A DNA stretch of 64,000 nucleotides from Planctomycetota bacterium (GTDB taxonomy: Bacteria; Planctomycetota; PLA2; JAEUHO01): positions 251,419 to 315,418 of the forward strand of contig JBFWRP010000001.1 of the NCBI GenBank assembly GCA_050248855.1, written 5' to 3'. Shown in pieces: positions 37,166-45,876 of the stretch (positions within the stretch are counted from its first letter, which is position 1; each line of letters opens with the position of its first letter). The notes below the pieces were generated by a model that was not told the origin of the DNA, did no database searches, and saw only the letters and a list, made by a program, of their open reading frames with translations. The position numbers were made by a program, and so were the translations under genes.

Positions 37166-38157
37166 TGGACCTCTCCACGCGCTTCCTGGGCCTGGAGCTC
37201 CCCCATCCGTTCGTGGCTGGCGCCTCGCCCCTGACCGAGGACGTGGACTCGGCCCGCCGTCTGGCGGATGCCGGTGCGGCGGCCCTCGTGCTGACGTCGC
37301 TCTTCGAGGAGCAGGTCGTCCACGAGGAGCTGGCCATGACGGCCTTGCTCGAGGAGCCGTCCCATTCGTTCCCGGAGGCCGAGACCTACCTGCCCACGCC
37401 CCCCGACCTGCACCTGGGGCCGCAGGAGTACCTCCGGCGCCTGGAGCGGATCGCGACCGCCGTGGACGTTCCGGTGATCGCGTCGCTCAACGGCATCCAC
37501 GGCGGGCACTGGTTGGACTGGGCGCGCGAGATGCCCGGCGCCGGGGCCCGTGCCCTCGAGCTCAACCTCTACCACGTGGCCGCTCGGCCCGACGAGTCCG
37601 CCGCCGCGATCGAGGATCGTTTCGTGGCCATGGCCGCGGCGCTCTGCGCGAGCGTCGACGTGCCGGTGGCCGTGAAGCTCTCCCCGTTCTTCACGTCGCT
37701 CTCGAGCTTCGCGCCGCGCCTCGTCGAGGCCGGGGTCGACGGCCTCGTCCTCTTCAACCGCTTCTACCAGTCCGACATCGACGTCGAGGCCCTGGAGGCC
37801 GAGCGCACGCTGCGCCTCTCCGACCCGACGGAGCTCCTCCTGCGCCTGCGCTGGCTGGCGATCCTGTCGAGCCAGATCGAGCTCCCCCTGGCCGTGACGG
37901 GGGGCGTCCACGACGCCGTGGGCGCGGTGAAGGCCATCATGGCGGGCGCGTCCGCCGTCCAGCTGGTCTCGGTGCTCCTGAAGCATGGACCTGGTCACTT
38001 GGCGCGGCTCCGCGAGGACCTGACCGCGTGGCTCGAAGAGCACGAGTACGAGTCCGTCGAGCAGATGCGAGGCAGCATGAACCTGACCCACTCGCCCGAC
38101 CCCGAGGCCTTCCTCCGCGCGAACTACATCCGCATCCTCAAGAGCTGGCATCCCTGA
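37165..38157 (+). CDS. Dihydroorotate dehydrogenase-like (PyrD-fold, class 1-like) flavoprotein lacking the canonical catalytic Cys/Ser
   Basis: The start ATG overlaps the PFOR stop as TGATG. DHOD-like motifs are GLELPHPFVAGASP, VAVKLSPFF and TGGVHDAVGAVKAIMAGASAVQLVSV. The position equivalent to the class 1 loop ELNLSCPN reads LELNLYHVAARP, so there is no Cys or Ser. Confidence 0.7.
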   Translation: MDLSTRFLGLELPHPFVAGASPLTEDVDSARRLADAGAAALVLTSLFEEQVVHEELAMTALLEEPSHSFPEAETYLPTPPDLHLGPQEYLRRLERIATAVDVPVIASLNGIHGGHWLDWAREMPGAGARALELNLYHVAARPDESAAAIEDRFVAMAAALCASVDVPVAVKLSPFFTSLSSFAPRLVEAGVDGLVLFNRFYQSDIDVEALEAERTLRLSDPTELLLRLRWLAILSSQIELPLAVTGGVHDAVGAVKAIMAGASAVQLVSVLLKHGPGHLARLREDLTAWLEEHEYESVEQMRGSMNLTHSPDPEAFLRANYIRILKSWHP

Positions 38158-38274
38158 CGGGGCCGCCCTTCGGGGTGCAACGCCCTCCCGGGCGGCCGGC
38201 GCCGCCTCCAACCCGTGGCGGATCTCCCGGCTCGCGCGCCGGAATCGCCCGTCCCCGACGTACGTTCGAAACCC

Positions 38275-40230
38275 ATGCGCCACTTCGCCCGGACCCTGGC
38301 CGCGACCCTCGCGCTCGGCCTTGCCGGCTGCGGCGGGGAGGGCGACGGCCCGGCCCCGCCGCCGACCCGCTCGCGCCCCGCCCTGCCCCCGGTTAGCGAG
38401 GACGCCATCGCGGAGCGGGCGCTGGAGCACCTGCTGCGGGGCCCCGGGACGGAGCTGCTCGCGATCGGCATGCCTCGCGACGAGCAGGGCCGACCGACGG
38501 GCGTCGCGGGCATCTGGGACGCCGGCGTCCACGGCCAGAACGCCGAGATCGCCCGCAAGGACCTGATCGCCGTGCCGGAGGCCGCCCTGCGCGCGCTCGC
38601 CAAGCCGGGCTTGGCCGAGCGACTGACCCATGTGCATCCGAACAACGAGGGACCGTGGCTCTCCGTGCTCCAGCTGTTGGCTTCCCTGCGGGGCGCCACC
38701 TACGACGACATCCTCCCGTGGGTCCAGCCCGTCCTGTCCGGAAGCGAGGGGCGCTACGTACGCGCTGCGGCGTTCCGGCTGCTCGCGGCCTCCGACGACG
38801 ACCGGGCGCGGGCCGAGCTGCGCGAGCAGCTGATCGCGGCCGCGCCGTCCGCGGACCTGCTGGAGCTTGTGGCCCACCCCCTGCTGCGCGGCGCGCCCGA
38901 GGGGCGCGCCGACGCGTTGCGGACCGTGTTGCGCCACGGCGAAGGGTCCTCGTGGCTGGACGTCGACGCAGCGCTGCTGGACGACGCACCCGCCGGGGAG
39001 ATCGAGCGGGAGCGCCTGGACGCCCTCTCGTGGTGGGCGGCCCTGGCGGAAGGCAGTGGGCCGACGATCGCCGCGGCGCGTCCGCGCGTGAAGCGCTGTG
39101 TCCCGGGCGCCCTGGGGGTTGCGCTGGACGATCGGACGCTGCCGGCGGTGCCTGGTCGCGCCTTCGGGCTCCACCCCGCGCCGAAGGACGGTTGGGTGCG
39201 GACACCCAACACACGGGATGTCGTCCAACCCCTCGTGGCCTACCTGTTCACGGGCGACGAGCCGGCCGGCAGGGCGCGCTGCCAGCTGGCACGACGTGGA
39301 CACTGGCCGTGGACGGCATCGATCGAGCGTGATCTCGCGATGGGCGACGTGGACCCGGCGCGCGCCGGCCGCGCCAGCGAGTGCGTGCTGCCCGGGCTTG
39401 ACCAGGAGGCGCGGGAACAGGCCATCGCCGCCCTCGAGGCGTGGGCCGCAAACCCCGGGGCCCCGACCGACCTCGACCGGCTTGCCCGTGCGCTCACGGC
39501 CCTTCCGGCGTGCGACCTGGACGAGGCCCCGCGCTTGCTCGTGCTGCGTCTCGTCCAGGCACTGCCGCCCGGCGACGTGGCGATGACCCTCGCCCGACGC
39601 CTGCAGGACCAGGTCGGCCCCGCCGATGACGACCTCGTCCACGCCCTCGTGCAGATGCTGCTGTCTGCCGACCCCGAGCGACAGCGACTGGCGCGAACCC
39701 TGATGGTGCGCAAGCCCGACGTGCGCTACGTGCCCGCGATCGAGAAGCACCTGGCCGCCCTGCCGCCCGCGGAAGCCGACGCGGTCTGGCTCCGGGCGCT
39801 TTCCTTGGTGGCACAGGCCCCCGACCTGCCCCTCCCGATCGCCAGGCGCTGGGTGGACGATCTGGCCGATCGCATCGCCTCCGCGCCCGACGAGGAGGGG
39901 GTTCGGTTGGTCGGCGCGCTGCTGGACTTCGGCGAGATCGGCGTCGCACGCTACGCCGCGGGTCTTCGCGGACCCCACCGCGCGCGCTACATCGCGGGGT
40001 GGCCGCCGGGCACGCAGTCCGTCCCGCAGGCCGTGGCCGAGGCACTCGTCGATCCCATCGATGCCACGACGCCTCCCCCCGAGGTCCACGCGGCCCTCAT
40101 CGCCGCCTGGCGGACGTTCCCCCCCCAGGCCGCGCCTGCCCTGGCGGCCTTGGCGAGCCGTCTGGCCGGCCGCCTGCAAGAGGACGTCAAGCCCGTCCTC
40201 GAGCGCGTGCGCCACCGCGCGGCGCGCTGA
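38275..40230 (+). CDS. Lipoprotein with HEAT/ARM-like Leu/Ala-rich repeats
   Basis: ORF 38215 is trimmed to ATG 38275 (MRHFARTLAATLALGLAGCGGEG, with a lipobox). About 640 aa of helical repeats follow. I recognised no catalytic motif. Confidence 0.5.
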   Translation: MRHFARTLAATLALGLAGCGGEGDGPAPPPTRSRPALPPVSEDAIAERALEHLLRGPGTELLAIGMPRDEQGRPTGVAGIWDAGVHGQNAEIARKDLIAVPEAALRALAKPGLAERLTHVHPNNEGPWLSVLQLLASLRGATYDDILPWVQPVLSGSEGRYVRAAAFRLLAASDDDRARAELREQLIAAAPSADLLELVAHPLLRGAPEGRADALRTVLRHGEGSSWLDVDAALLDDAPAGEIERERLDALSWWAALAEGSGPTIAAARPRVKRCVPGALGVALDDRTLPAVPGRAFGLHPAPKDGWVRTPNTRDVVQPLVAYLFTGDEPAGRARCQLARRGHWPWTASIERDLAMGDVDPARAGRASECVLPGLDQEAREQAIAALEAWAANPGAPTDLDRLARALTALPACDLDEAPRLLVLRLVQALPPGDVAMTLARRLQDQVGPADDDLVHALVQMLLSADPERQRLARTLMVRKPDVRYVPAIEKHLAALPPAEADAVWLRALSLVAQAPDLPLPIARRWVDDLADRIASAPDEEGVRLVGALLDFGEIGVARYAAGLRGPHRARYIAGWPPGTQSVPQAVAEALVDPIDATTPPPEVHAALIAAWRTFPPQAAPALAALASRLAGRLQEDVKPVLERVRHRAAR

Positions 40231-40344
40231 GCGCCCGCGAGGAGCCCCGAGACGAGCGGGCACGGATGCCGGGAACCCCGCACGTGCTGGGGCCTTTTCC
40301 GCCGGCAGCCCGGTCGGAGCTCGCGTGACTGGCCTCGCGCGAAC

Positions 40345-40360
40345 TGGTACGCGATTTGAT
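40345..40360 (+). promoter_or_regulatory. Candidate sigma-54 (-24/-12) promoter element
   Basis: TGGTACG-cgat-TTGAT has two mismatches against TGGCACG-N4-TTGCW. It lies about 30 nt upstream of the CBS gene at 40390, and a sigma-54 activator gene lies 1.1 kb downstream. The match is weak. Confidence 0.2.
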
Positions 40361-40389
40361 CGCGGGTGCTTGGCACGGAGGCCCACGCC

Positions 40390-40821
40390 ATGCAGCTCAG
40401 CGCGCTCGGCAGTCGCCACATCGTCTCGGTAGCTCCTTCGGCGTCGGTCCGCGAGGTGGCCGGCATCCTGGCCGCGCGCAACGTCGGCTCGGCGCTCGTC
40501 ATGGACCGCGGGCACCTGCTGGGCATCGTGACCGACCGCGATCTCGTGCTGCGCGTCCTCGCGGCGGGGCTCGACCCGCTGCGAACGACCGTCGAAGCGG
40601 TGATGTCCTCCCCCGTCGTTTGCGCCCAAGACGATGCCGGGCCGCAGGAGGCCGCCGCGGCGATGCGCGAGCACGACGTCCGACGCCTCCCCGTGCAGGG
40701 TGAGGGCAACGAGATCGTCGGCATCGTCACGTTGGACGACTTGGTGCATCACCTCGGCCGAACGCACGCGGATCTTGCCGACGTCATCGCCGCCTTCCCC
40801 GTTCCCCACGCCGGCGGCTGA
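40390..40821 (+). CDS. CBS-domain pair protein
   Basis: ORF 40366 is trimmed to ATG 40390 (MQLSALGS). Two CBS motifs are VAPSASVREVAGILAARNVGSALVMDRGHLLGIVTDRDL and VVCAQDDAGPQEAAAAMREHDVRRLPVQGEGNEIVGIVTLDDL. Confidence 0.7.
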   Translation: MQLSALGSRHIVSVAPSASVREVAGILAARNVGSALVMDRGHLLGIVTDRDLVLRVLAAGLDPLRTTVEAVMSSPVVCAQDDAGPQEAAAAMREHDVRRLPVQGEGNEIVGIVTLDDLVHHLGRTHADLADVIAAFPVPHAGG

Positions 40822-40838
40822 GGGCGGAGGCTCGTCCC

Positions 40839-41261
40839 ATGTCCCACACCCGCTTGACCCTGGGCGATGCGGCGCGCGAGCGCATCTTGGCTGGTGCCAC
40901 GGCCTTGGCGGATGCCGTGCGCGTGACGCTGGGCCCCAAGTCCAAGAGCATCGTCGTCGAGCGGAAGTGGGGTGCCCCCCTCGTCTGCAACGACGGCGTG
41001 ACGATCGCCAAGGCCGTCGACCTCGAGGATCCGGAAGCGAACGTCGGCGTGCGGCTGATGCGCGAGGCTGCCGAGAAGACCGACGACAGCGTGGGTGCGG
41101 CTCGCCAGGTGCTCGGTCCCGCTGACGCATGGGTTCGCCCCTCCGCGAACGAGCCGTCACGTCCCCTTCGGACGACGCTCCCATCGTGCGGGAGGTGGGT
41201 GTCTCGCGTTGCGGCCTGGACGGGATACCGGGTGCCGATGAAGACGACGCCGCGCGGTTGA
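40839..41261 (+). pseudogene. GroEL (Cpn60) N-terminal fragment; only the first ~87 aa are chaperonin-like
   Basis: GGAGG is upstream of the ATG. MSHTRLTLGDAARERILAGATALADAVRVTLGPKSKSIVVERKWGAPLVCNDGVTIAKAVDLEDPEANVGVRLMREAAEKTDDSVGA aligns with the GroEL N-terminus (KFGxDAR..[70 protein letters not shown]). Downstream no frame continues with TTTATVLAQ or any later GroEL region. Confidence 0.5.
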
Positions 41262-41503
41262 CCACGCAAGGACGACGAAGCGGTGCTACGGCGCCCAGTC
41301 TTGGCCGGGACGCTTGCACGGGCATGCATCCATGTGCCCCCTGGGGCGCCTCGCAAGGCAAAGACCCGCCGCCGCGCACTCGGCGAGCCGTCACCACGCA
41401 CCCCGGAGGGTGACCGCCTTGGCGGACTTCCTCCCGTTGCTCGACCGTGCGCGTGGCGGCCGGGGATGGCCGGGCCGACCGGCAGCCCGTAGACTCGCGT
41501 CCG

Positions 41504-42886
41504 ATGGCCGGAAACGTGCTCCTGGTCGATGACGACCTCCTCGTCCGGCGCTCGCTCTCCAGCGGCCTCCGGAGTGCAGGGCATCGCGTCAGGGAGGCGG
41601 ACTCGGTCGCCCTCGCCACCCGGTCCCTCGCCGCCGAGGAGTTCGACGTCGTCGTCGTGGACTACCGACTCGGAGACGGCACCGGGTTCGACGTGATGGC
41701 CCAGGTGGCCGAGAAGCACCCGGGAACGCCGGTCCTGATGGTCACCGCGCACGCTTCGGTGGACCACGCCGTGGAGGCCATGCGGCGGGGCGCGTTCATG
41801 TACGTGCAGAAGCCCGTCGAGCCCGGCACCCTCGAAGCGCACGTGGACAAGGCGCTGGAGACCGCCGACCTGCATCGCGAGAACCAGCGACTGCGTCGCC
41901 TTGCGGAGCCGAGCCCTGGCGCCGAGGCCTTTCTCGGCACGTCCTCCGCCGCGCGTGCCCTTCGCGAGCAGATCCAGCGCGTCGCCGTGTCTCCCGTCCG
42001 GGCGGTGCTCCTCGAGGGGGAGAGCGGCACGGGCAAAGGCCTCGTCGCTCGCGTCCTGCACGAGGAGAGCCCGCGGTCGGCGAAGCCGTTCGTCTCGATC
42101 ACGTGCAGCGCGATGCCCGAGCAGCTCCTGGAGTCGGAGCTGTTCGGCCACGAGCCCGGCGCGTTCACCGACGCGCGCAAGCGCAAGATGGGCCTGCTGG
42201 AAGCGGCGCAGGGCGGCTCGTTGTTCCTCGACGAGATCGGCGACATGGCGGCACCGCTCCAGGCCAAGCTCCTCGGCGTCCTGGAGGACCGGCGCATACG
42301 ACGGCTCGGAGGTGTCCAGGAAATCGACGTGGACGTGCGCGTGATCTCCGCGACCCACCGTGACCTCAGGGCCCTGGTCGCCGAGGGTCGCTTCCGCGAG
42401 GATCTGCTCTACCGGCTCCGCGTGGTCCCGGTGCGTATCCCCGCGCTTCGCGAACGGACCGAGGACGTCGCGGTGCTCGCCGAGCATTTCGTCGCGCGCA
42501 TCGCCGCCGAATGGGGTCGACCGCCGCTGCGTCTGTCGGCCGAAGCCGTCGCGGCGCTCCGTGCGCGGCCGTGGCCCGGCAACGTACGGGAGCTGCGCAA
42601 CGCCGTGGAAAGGGCCGTGATCCTCGCGCGGGGAGACGAGCTGATGGCGGTCGACTTCCGGGACGACGCGGCGGAGGGCGCGAGCGCCGCAGCGGCCGTG
42701 ACGCTGCCAGCGGCCGGTGTGAACGTCGAGGACGTCGTGGACGATCTCGTTCGGCAGGCGCTGGTCCGAAGCGACGGCAACCAGTCGGCAGCTGCTCGCC
42801 TCCTGGGAATGAGCCGCGACCAGGTCCGCTACCGGATGCAGCGGATGGCGGGTGCGACCGGAGGTGCGGCGGAGGGCGGGGCGTGA
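41504..42886 (+). CDS. Sigma-54-dependent response regulator (NtrC family: REC + AAA+ + Fis-type HTH)
   Basis: ORF 41447 is trimmed to ATG 41504 (MAGNVLLVDDD). The receiver Asp is in DVVVVDYRLGDGTG. The AAA+ motifs are LEGESGTGKGLVAR and ESELFGHEPGAFTDA (a GAFTGA variant). The C-terminal HTH is AAARLLGMSRDQVRYRM. Confidence 0.8.
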   Translation: MAGNVLLVDDDLLVRRSLSSGLRSAGHRVREADSVALATRSLAAEEFDVVVVDYRLGDGTGFDVMAQVAEKHPGTPVLMVTAHASVDHAVEAMRRGAFMYVQKPVEPGTLEAHVDKALETADLHRENQRLRRLAEPSPGAEAFLGTSSAARALREQIQRVAVSPVRAVLLEGESGTGKGLVARVLHEESPRSAKPFVSITCSAMPEQLLESELFGHEPGAFTDARKRKMGLLEAAQGGSLFLDEIGDMAAPLQAKLLGVLEDRRIRRLGGVQEIDVDVRVISATHRDLRALVAEGRFREDLLYRLRVVPVRIPALRERTEDVAVLAEHFVARIAAEWGRPPLRLSAEAVAALRARPWPGNVRELRNAVERAVILARGDELMAVDFRDDAAEGASAAAAVTLPAAGVNVEDVVDDLVRQALVRSDGNQSAAARLLGMSRDQVRYRMQRMAGATGGAAEGGA

Positions 42887-44046
42887 ACGGGGCGGGCGCC
42901 ATCGGGGACATCCGACGCAGCCTGGGCTTCAGCGCCGAGGACGAGGAGCTGCTCGGCCGCTCGGCCCCGCACCTCCTGCCGGAGATCGACGGCTGGGTGG
43001 ACGCCTTCTATGCGCGGCTGCTCACGGATCCCGCGGCCATGGCGCTGCTCTGCGACGAGGCGCGCGTGATCCGCCTCAAGCGCTCGCTGGCGGCGTGGTT
43101 CCGCGAGCTCTTCGCGCTTCCGGTCGACGAGGACTACGAGCGCATGCGAGCCGGCATCGGACGAACGCACGTGCGCATCGGGATGCCCCAGTACCTCATG
43201 GTGACCGCGATGACGGGCGTGCGCGAGGACGTGGCGTCCTCCGTGCGCCGGATCTACGGCGACGCGCCGGAGGCGGAGGACGTCCGCCGCGCGGTCCAGA
43301 AGGTCTTGGATCTGGAGCTGGCCTTGATGCTCGGGGCGTACCGCCGCCGTTCGCAGGAGGTGCGCCAGCTCGCGGACCGGGCGGTCTACGCGGAGCGGCT
43401 CGTCCACCGCGTGGCCCGCTCGACCGACGCCGGCGTGTCGGCGGCGCTCTGCTACGTGGAGCTCGTGAGGCGCACGGAGGATCGCACGCGACGGGAACAC
43501 TGGATGCGGCGGCTCGAGGCGGTGCTACATGACGTCGGTACGGTGGGCGCGCGCGCCGGCATCGAACGACGGACGGACGGATCGGCCGTCGACGAGGTCG
43601 AGGTGGCGGACGCGTGCTCGCGTGCGCTCGCGAACGTGAGCCTGCCCGAGAAGACCTCGGTGACGCTCGACGTGCCGCCGGGTTTGCGCGCGCCGCTGCA
43701 CGCCCGCCCGTTCGAGCTGGCCGTCGAGGAGCTCGTCCAGAACGCCGCGAACCACGACCCCGGCGGGATCGTCGCGATGAAGGTCGCGCTGGAGGACGAG
43801 CGGACGCTCTCGCTGACGGTGACGGACAGCGGGCCCGGCTGGCCGCTGGGGGTGCGCGACGTCGCGGACACGTACGCGCTCGGGAGCGGGATGGGGTTGG
43901 CCTATGCCGAGTACGTGGCCGGACTCCACGACGGTTCCGTGGAGCTGTTCCAAGCGCCTGGCGGCGGCGCGGGAGTTCGTCTCCGCCTCGGGCTCGTGGC
44001 CGAACCCGGAGAGCCCGGTGCGGATCTCGCTGCGCATTCCGCTTGA
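42883..44046 (+). CDS. Globin-coupled sensor (protoglobin-like heme domain) fused to a GHKL-type ATPase domain
   Basis: GTG 42883 overlaps the upstream TGA as GTGA. The sensor-globin features are DIRRSLGFSAEDEELLGRSAPHLLPEIDGWVDAFYARLL...DYERMRAGIGRTHVRIGMPQYLM, with the proximal His in GRTHVRIG. The C-terminal ATPase motifs are LAVEELVQNAANHD (N box), VTDSGPGWP and GSGMGLAYAEY. I saw no H box. Confidence 0.65.
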   Translation: MNGAGAIGDIRRSLGFSAEDEELLGRSAPHLLPEIDGWVDAFYARLLTDPAAMALLCDEARVIRLKRSLAAWFRELFALPVDEDYERMRAGIGRTHVRIGMPQYLMVTAMTGVREDVASSVRRIYGDAPEAEDVRRAVQKVLDLELALMLGAYRRRSQEVRQLADRAVYAERLVHRVARSTDAGVSAALCYVELVRRTEDRTRREHWMRRLEAVLHDVGTVGARAGIERRTDGSAVDEVEVADACSRALANVSLPEKTSVTLDVPPGLRAPLHARPFELAVEELVQNAANHDPGGIVAMKVALEDERTLSLTVTDSGPGWPLGVRDVADTYALGSGMGLAYAEYVAGLHDGSVELFQAPGGGAGVRLRLGLVAEPGEPGADLAAHSA

Positions 44047-45346
44047 CCCGCTGGGCGCCGCGCTGGCGGACCTCCTCACGGAGGCCGGGCATGTCGTGAC
44101 CTTCGGGGCCGACGAAGCGTTCGACCTCCTCGTGGTGACCGAACAGCGTGCCGTGCGCCCTCCGGCCGGCACGCCGGTCCTCTGCCTCCGGCCTTGCCGG
44201 GGAGGCCGTCCGGATCCCTCGCCAGGACGCGCCCTGGCAGACGCGATCCGCACGGGAGGTACCGCCGTCTGGTCCCATCCCCTCGACCCGGCCGAGCTGT
44301 TGCGTGCGCTTGCCCCGGGCACCGCGGCGCCGACCCCGTCGCGGGCCGCTGAGCCATCCTTCCTGCTCGCACACCTTCCTGGTGCGTGGGCGTCGTGGGA
44401 TCCCCACGCGCGCGAATGGACGTGGACGAACCGGAGCGCGCGGGCGCGGCTCGGGGAGCCCGACCCGGGTGGCGATCTCCCGCCGCTTGACCGCATCCTG
44501 CCGGACCTCGCCCGGCCGATCCTGGAAGGCCGCCAGGGCACGGGCCTCGCCACCTTCTCCGGCTGCCGCCACCTGGTCGTCTGGGGCACGGACCCCCGCG
44601 GGTGGCGGGTCCTCGGACTCCTCGAGCTTCCCGCCTCCGACTCCCGACTGCCGGACAACACCCGCACCCTGGCCGAGATCGGGCGGATTTCCTCGACGCT
44701 CGTGCACGAGCTGCGCAATCCCATCGCATCCCTGGTCGGCGCGCTGGACCTCCTCGAGCGATCGGAAGACCCGGAGGATCGGCGTGAGATCCGTGGTCTG
44801 GCCCGTCAACGCCTTCGCCAGATGCAGACCCTGCTCGACGAGACGCTCCGCCTCGCGCGGCCGTTCAAGGACGCGCCCGAGCCCCTCGACCTGTCTCTCG
44901 TGATCCAGTCCGCGCTCTCCACCGTGCGCACGGACCCCTTGTTCAGCGAGATCCGCGTCGCGGTGGACCTGCGGCACGGCAACGCCGCCGCTCTGGGGTA
45001 CGCGGAGCCCCTTCGTCAATCGCTGGTCAACCTGTTGCTCAACGCCGCCCAAGCGCAGGACGGTCGGGGGGCCATCCGGGTGTCCTGCGCGCGGGACGAC
45101 GTGCGGCTCCTGCTACGCGTCGCCGACGACGGGCCGGGCATCCCCGCGGCCCAGCGCGACCAGGTGTTCGCTCCGTTCTGGACGACGAGGCCGGCCGGGA
45201 CGGGCCTCGGACTCGCGTACGTGCGTCGGGTCGCGGAGGCGTGCGGGGGACGGGCCGTCGTGGAGGACGCCGCCGCCGGGGCTTGCGTCCGGATCGAGCT
45301 GCCGTTCGCCCATCCGGCGACGGGACCCGTCCCTCCGGCCACCTGA
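44018..45346 (+). CDS. Sensor histidine kinase with an N-terminal receiver-like domain (HisKA + HATPase_c)
   Basis: The start is GTG 44018 (GGAGAG 4 nt upstream), overlapping the upstream gene by 29 nt; ATG 43904 is the alternative. The H box is LVHELRNPIASLVGALDLL. The N box is LVNLLLNAAQA. The G boxes are DDGPGIP and GTGLGLAYV. Confidence 0.65.
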   Translation: MRISLRIPLDPLGAALADLLTEAGHVVTFGADEAFDLLVVTEQRAVRPPAGTPVLCLRPCRGGRPDPSPGRALADAIRTGGTAVWSHPLDPAELLRALAPGTAAPTPSRAAEPSFLLAHLPGAWASWDPHAREWTWTNRSARARLGEPDPGGDLPPLDRILPDLARPILEGRQGTGLATFSGCRHLVVWGTDPRGWRVLGLLELPASDSRLPDNTRTLAEIGRISSTLVHELRNPIASLVGALDLLERSEDPEDRREIRGLARQRLRQMQTLLDETLRLARPFKDAPEPLDLSLVIQSALSTVRTDPLFSEIRVAVDLRHGNAAALGYAEPLRQSLVNLLLNAAQAQDGRGAIRVSCARDDVRLLLRVADDGPGIPAAQRDQVFAPFWTTRPAGTGLGLAYVRRVAEACGGRAVVEDAAAGACVRIELPFAHPATGPVPPAT

Positions 45347-45450
45347 CCGCGGTCGCGCGCTGGCCATGGACGTGATTCCCGCGTCCAAGTGGCGGCGCAC
45401 GTCGTCGCCGGGGATCTCTTCCTGGCGGCCTGTGCGCCCGGTCTCCACGC

Positions 45451-45876
45451 TCAAGACGGGTCGGACGACCCGGTCTCGTCGGCGTCCCGCACGAGGATCA
45501 CGGGCAGGTTCGTCTTGCGCACGACGTCTGCGGCGACGGATCCGAGGACCAGCCGAGCGAGGCCCGTGCGGCCCCGCGTCGACATGACGATGATGTCGAC
45601 GTGCTGCCGACGCGCCAGCTGCTCGATGGTGTCCGCGATGTCGGAGCCTCGCAGGACATGCGTGCAGAAGGGCCCGTCCGTCGGCTCGCAAGCGCCCAGG
45701 CGGCGCCGCGCCTCGTCTTCCTCGCTCACGGGATCTCCCGCCGCGCGCGGTTCCAGCACGTGGAGCCGATGCACCGTCCCGCCGGGGGTAGCGAGCCGGT
45801 GGGCCACGCGCAGGGCCCGGTTCCCCTCGAACGAGAGGTCCGTGGCGCACAAGACGGTTCCGAAGGACGGGATCAC
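45451..45876 (-). CDS. Universal stress protein (UspA family), second of a coupled pair
   Basis: GTG 45876 overlaps the upstream TGA as GTGA. VIPSFGTVLCATDLS...HVDIIVMSTRGRTGLARLVLGSVAADVVRKTNLPVILV is the UspA fold, with the ATP-binding G-x2-G-x9-GS-like segment. Confidence 0.6.
   Translation of the reverse strand: MIPSFGTVLCATDLSFEGNRALRVAHRLATPGGTVHRLHVLEPRAAGDPVSEEDEARRRLGACEPTDGPFCTHVLRGSDIADTIEQLARRQHVDIIVMSTRGRTGLARLVLGSVAADVVRKTNLPVILVRDADETGSSDPS

Noticed and set aside
40839-41261. Treating the 140-aa GroEL-like ORF as a functional chaperonin or co-chaperonin
   Set aside because: Only about 87 aa align to GroEL. The apical and intermediate domains are absent in every frame, so it cannot form a chaperonin ring.
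33053-41619. Very long minus-strand ORFs (33053..37087 and 37108..41619) spanning PFOR, the DHOD-like gene, the lipoprotein, CBS and the groEL fragment
   Set aside because: They are antisense to several well-supported plus-strand genes, notably PFOR with its Fe-S and TPP motifs. They arise from the depletion of stop codons in GC-rich DNA.
43904-44017. ATG 43904 as the start of the histidine kinase
   Set aside because: It would overlap the upstream gene by 143 nt. GTG 44018 has a GGAGAG RBS, and the conserved receiver-like region begins just after it. The ATG is not excluded.
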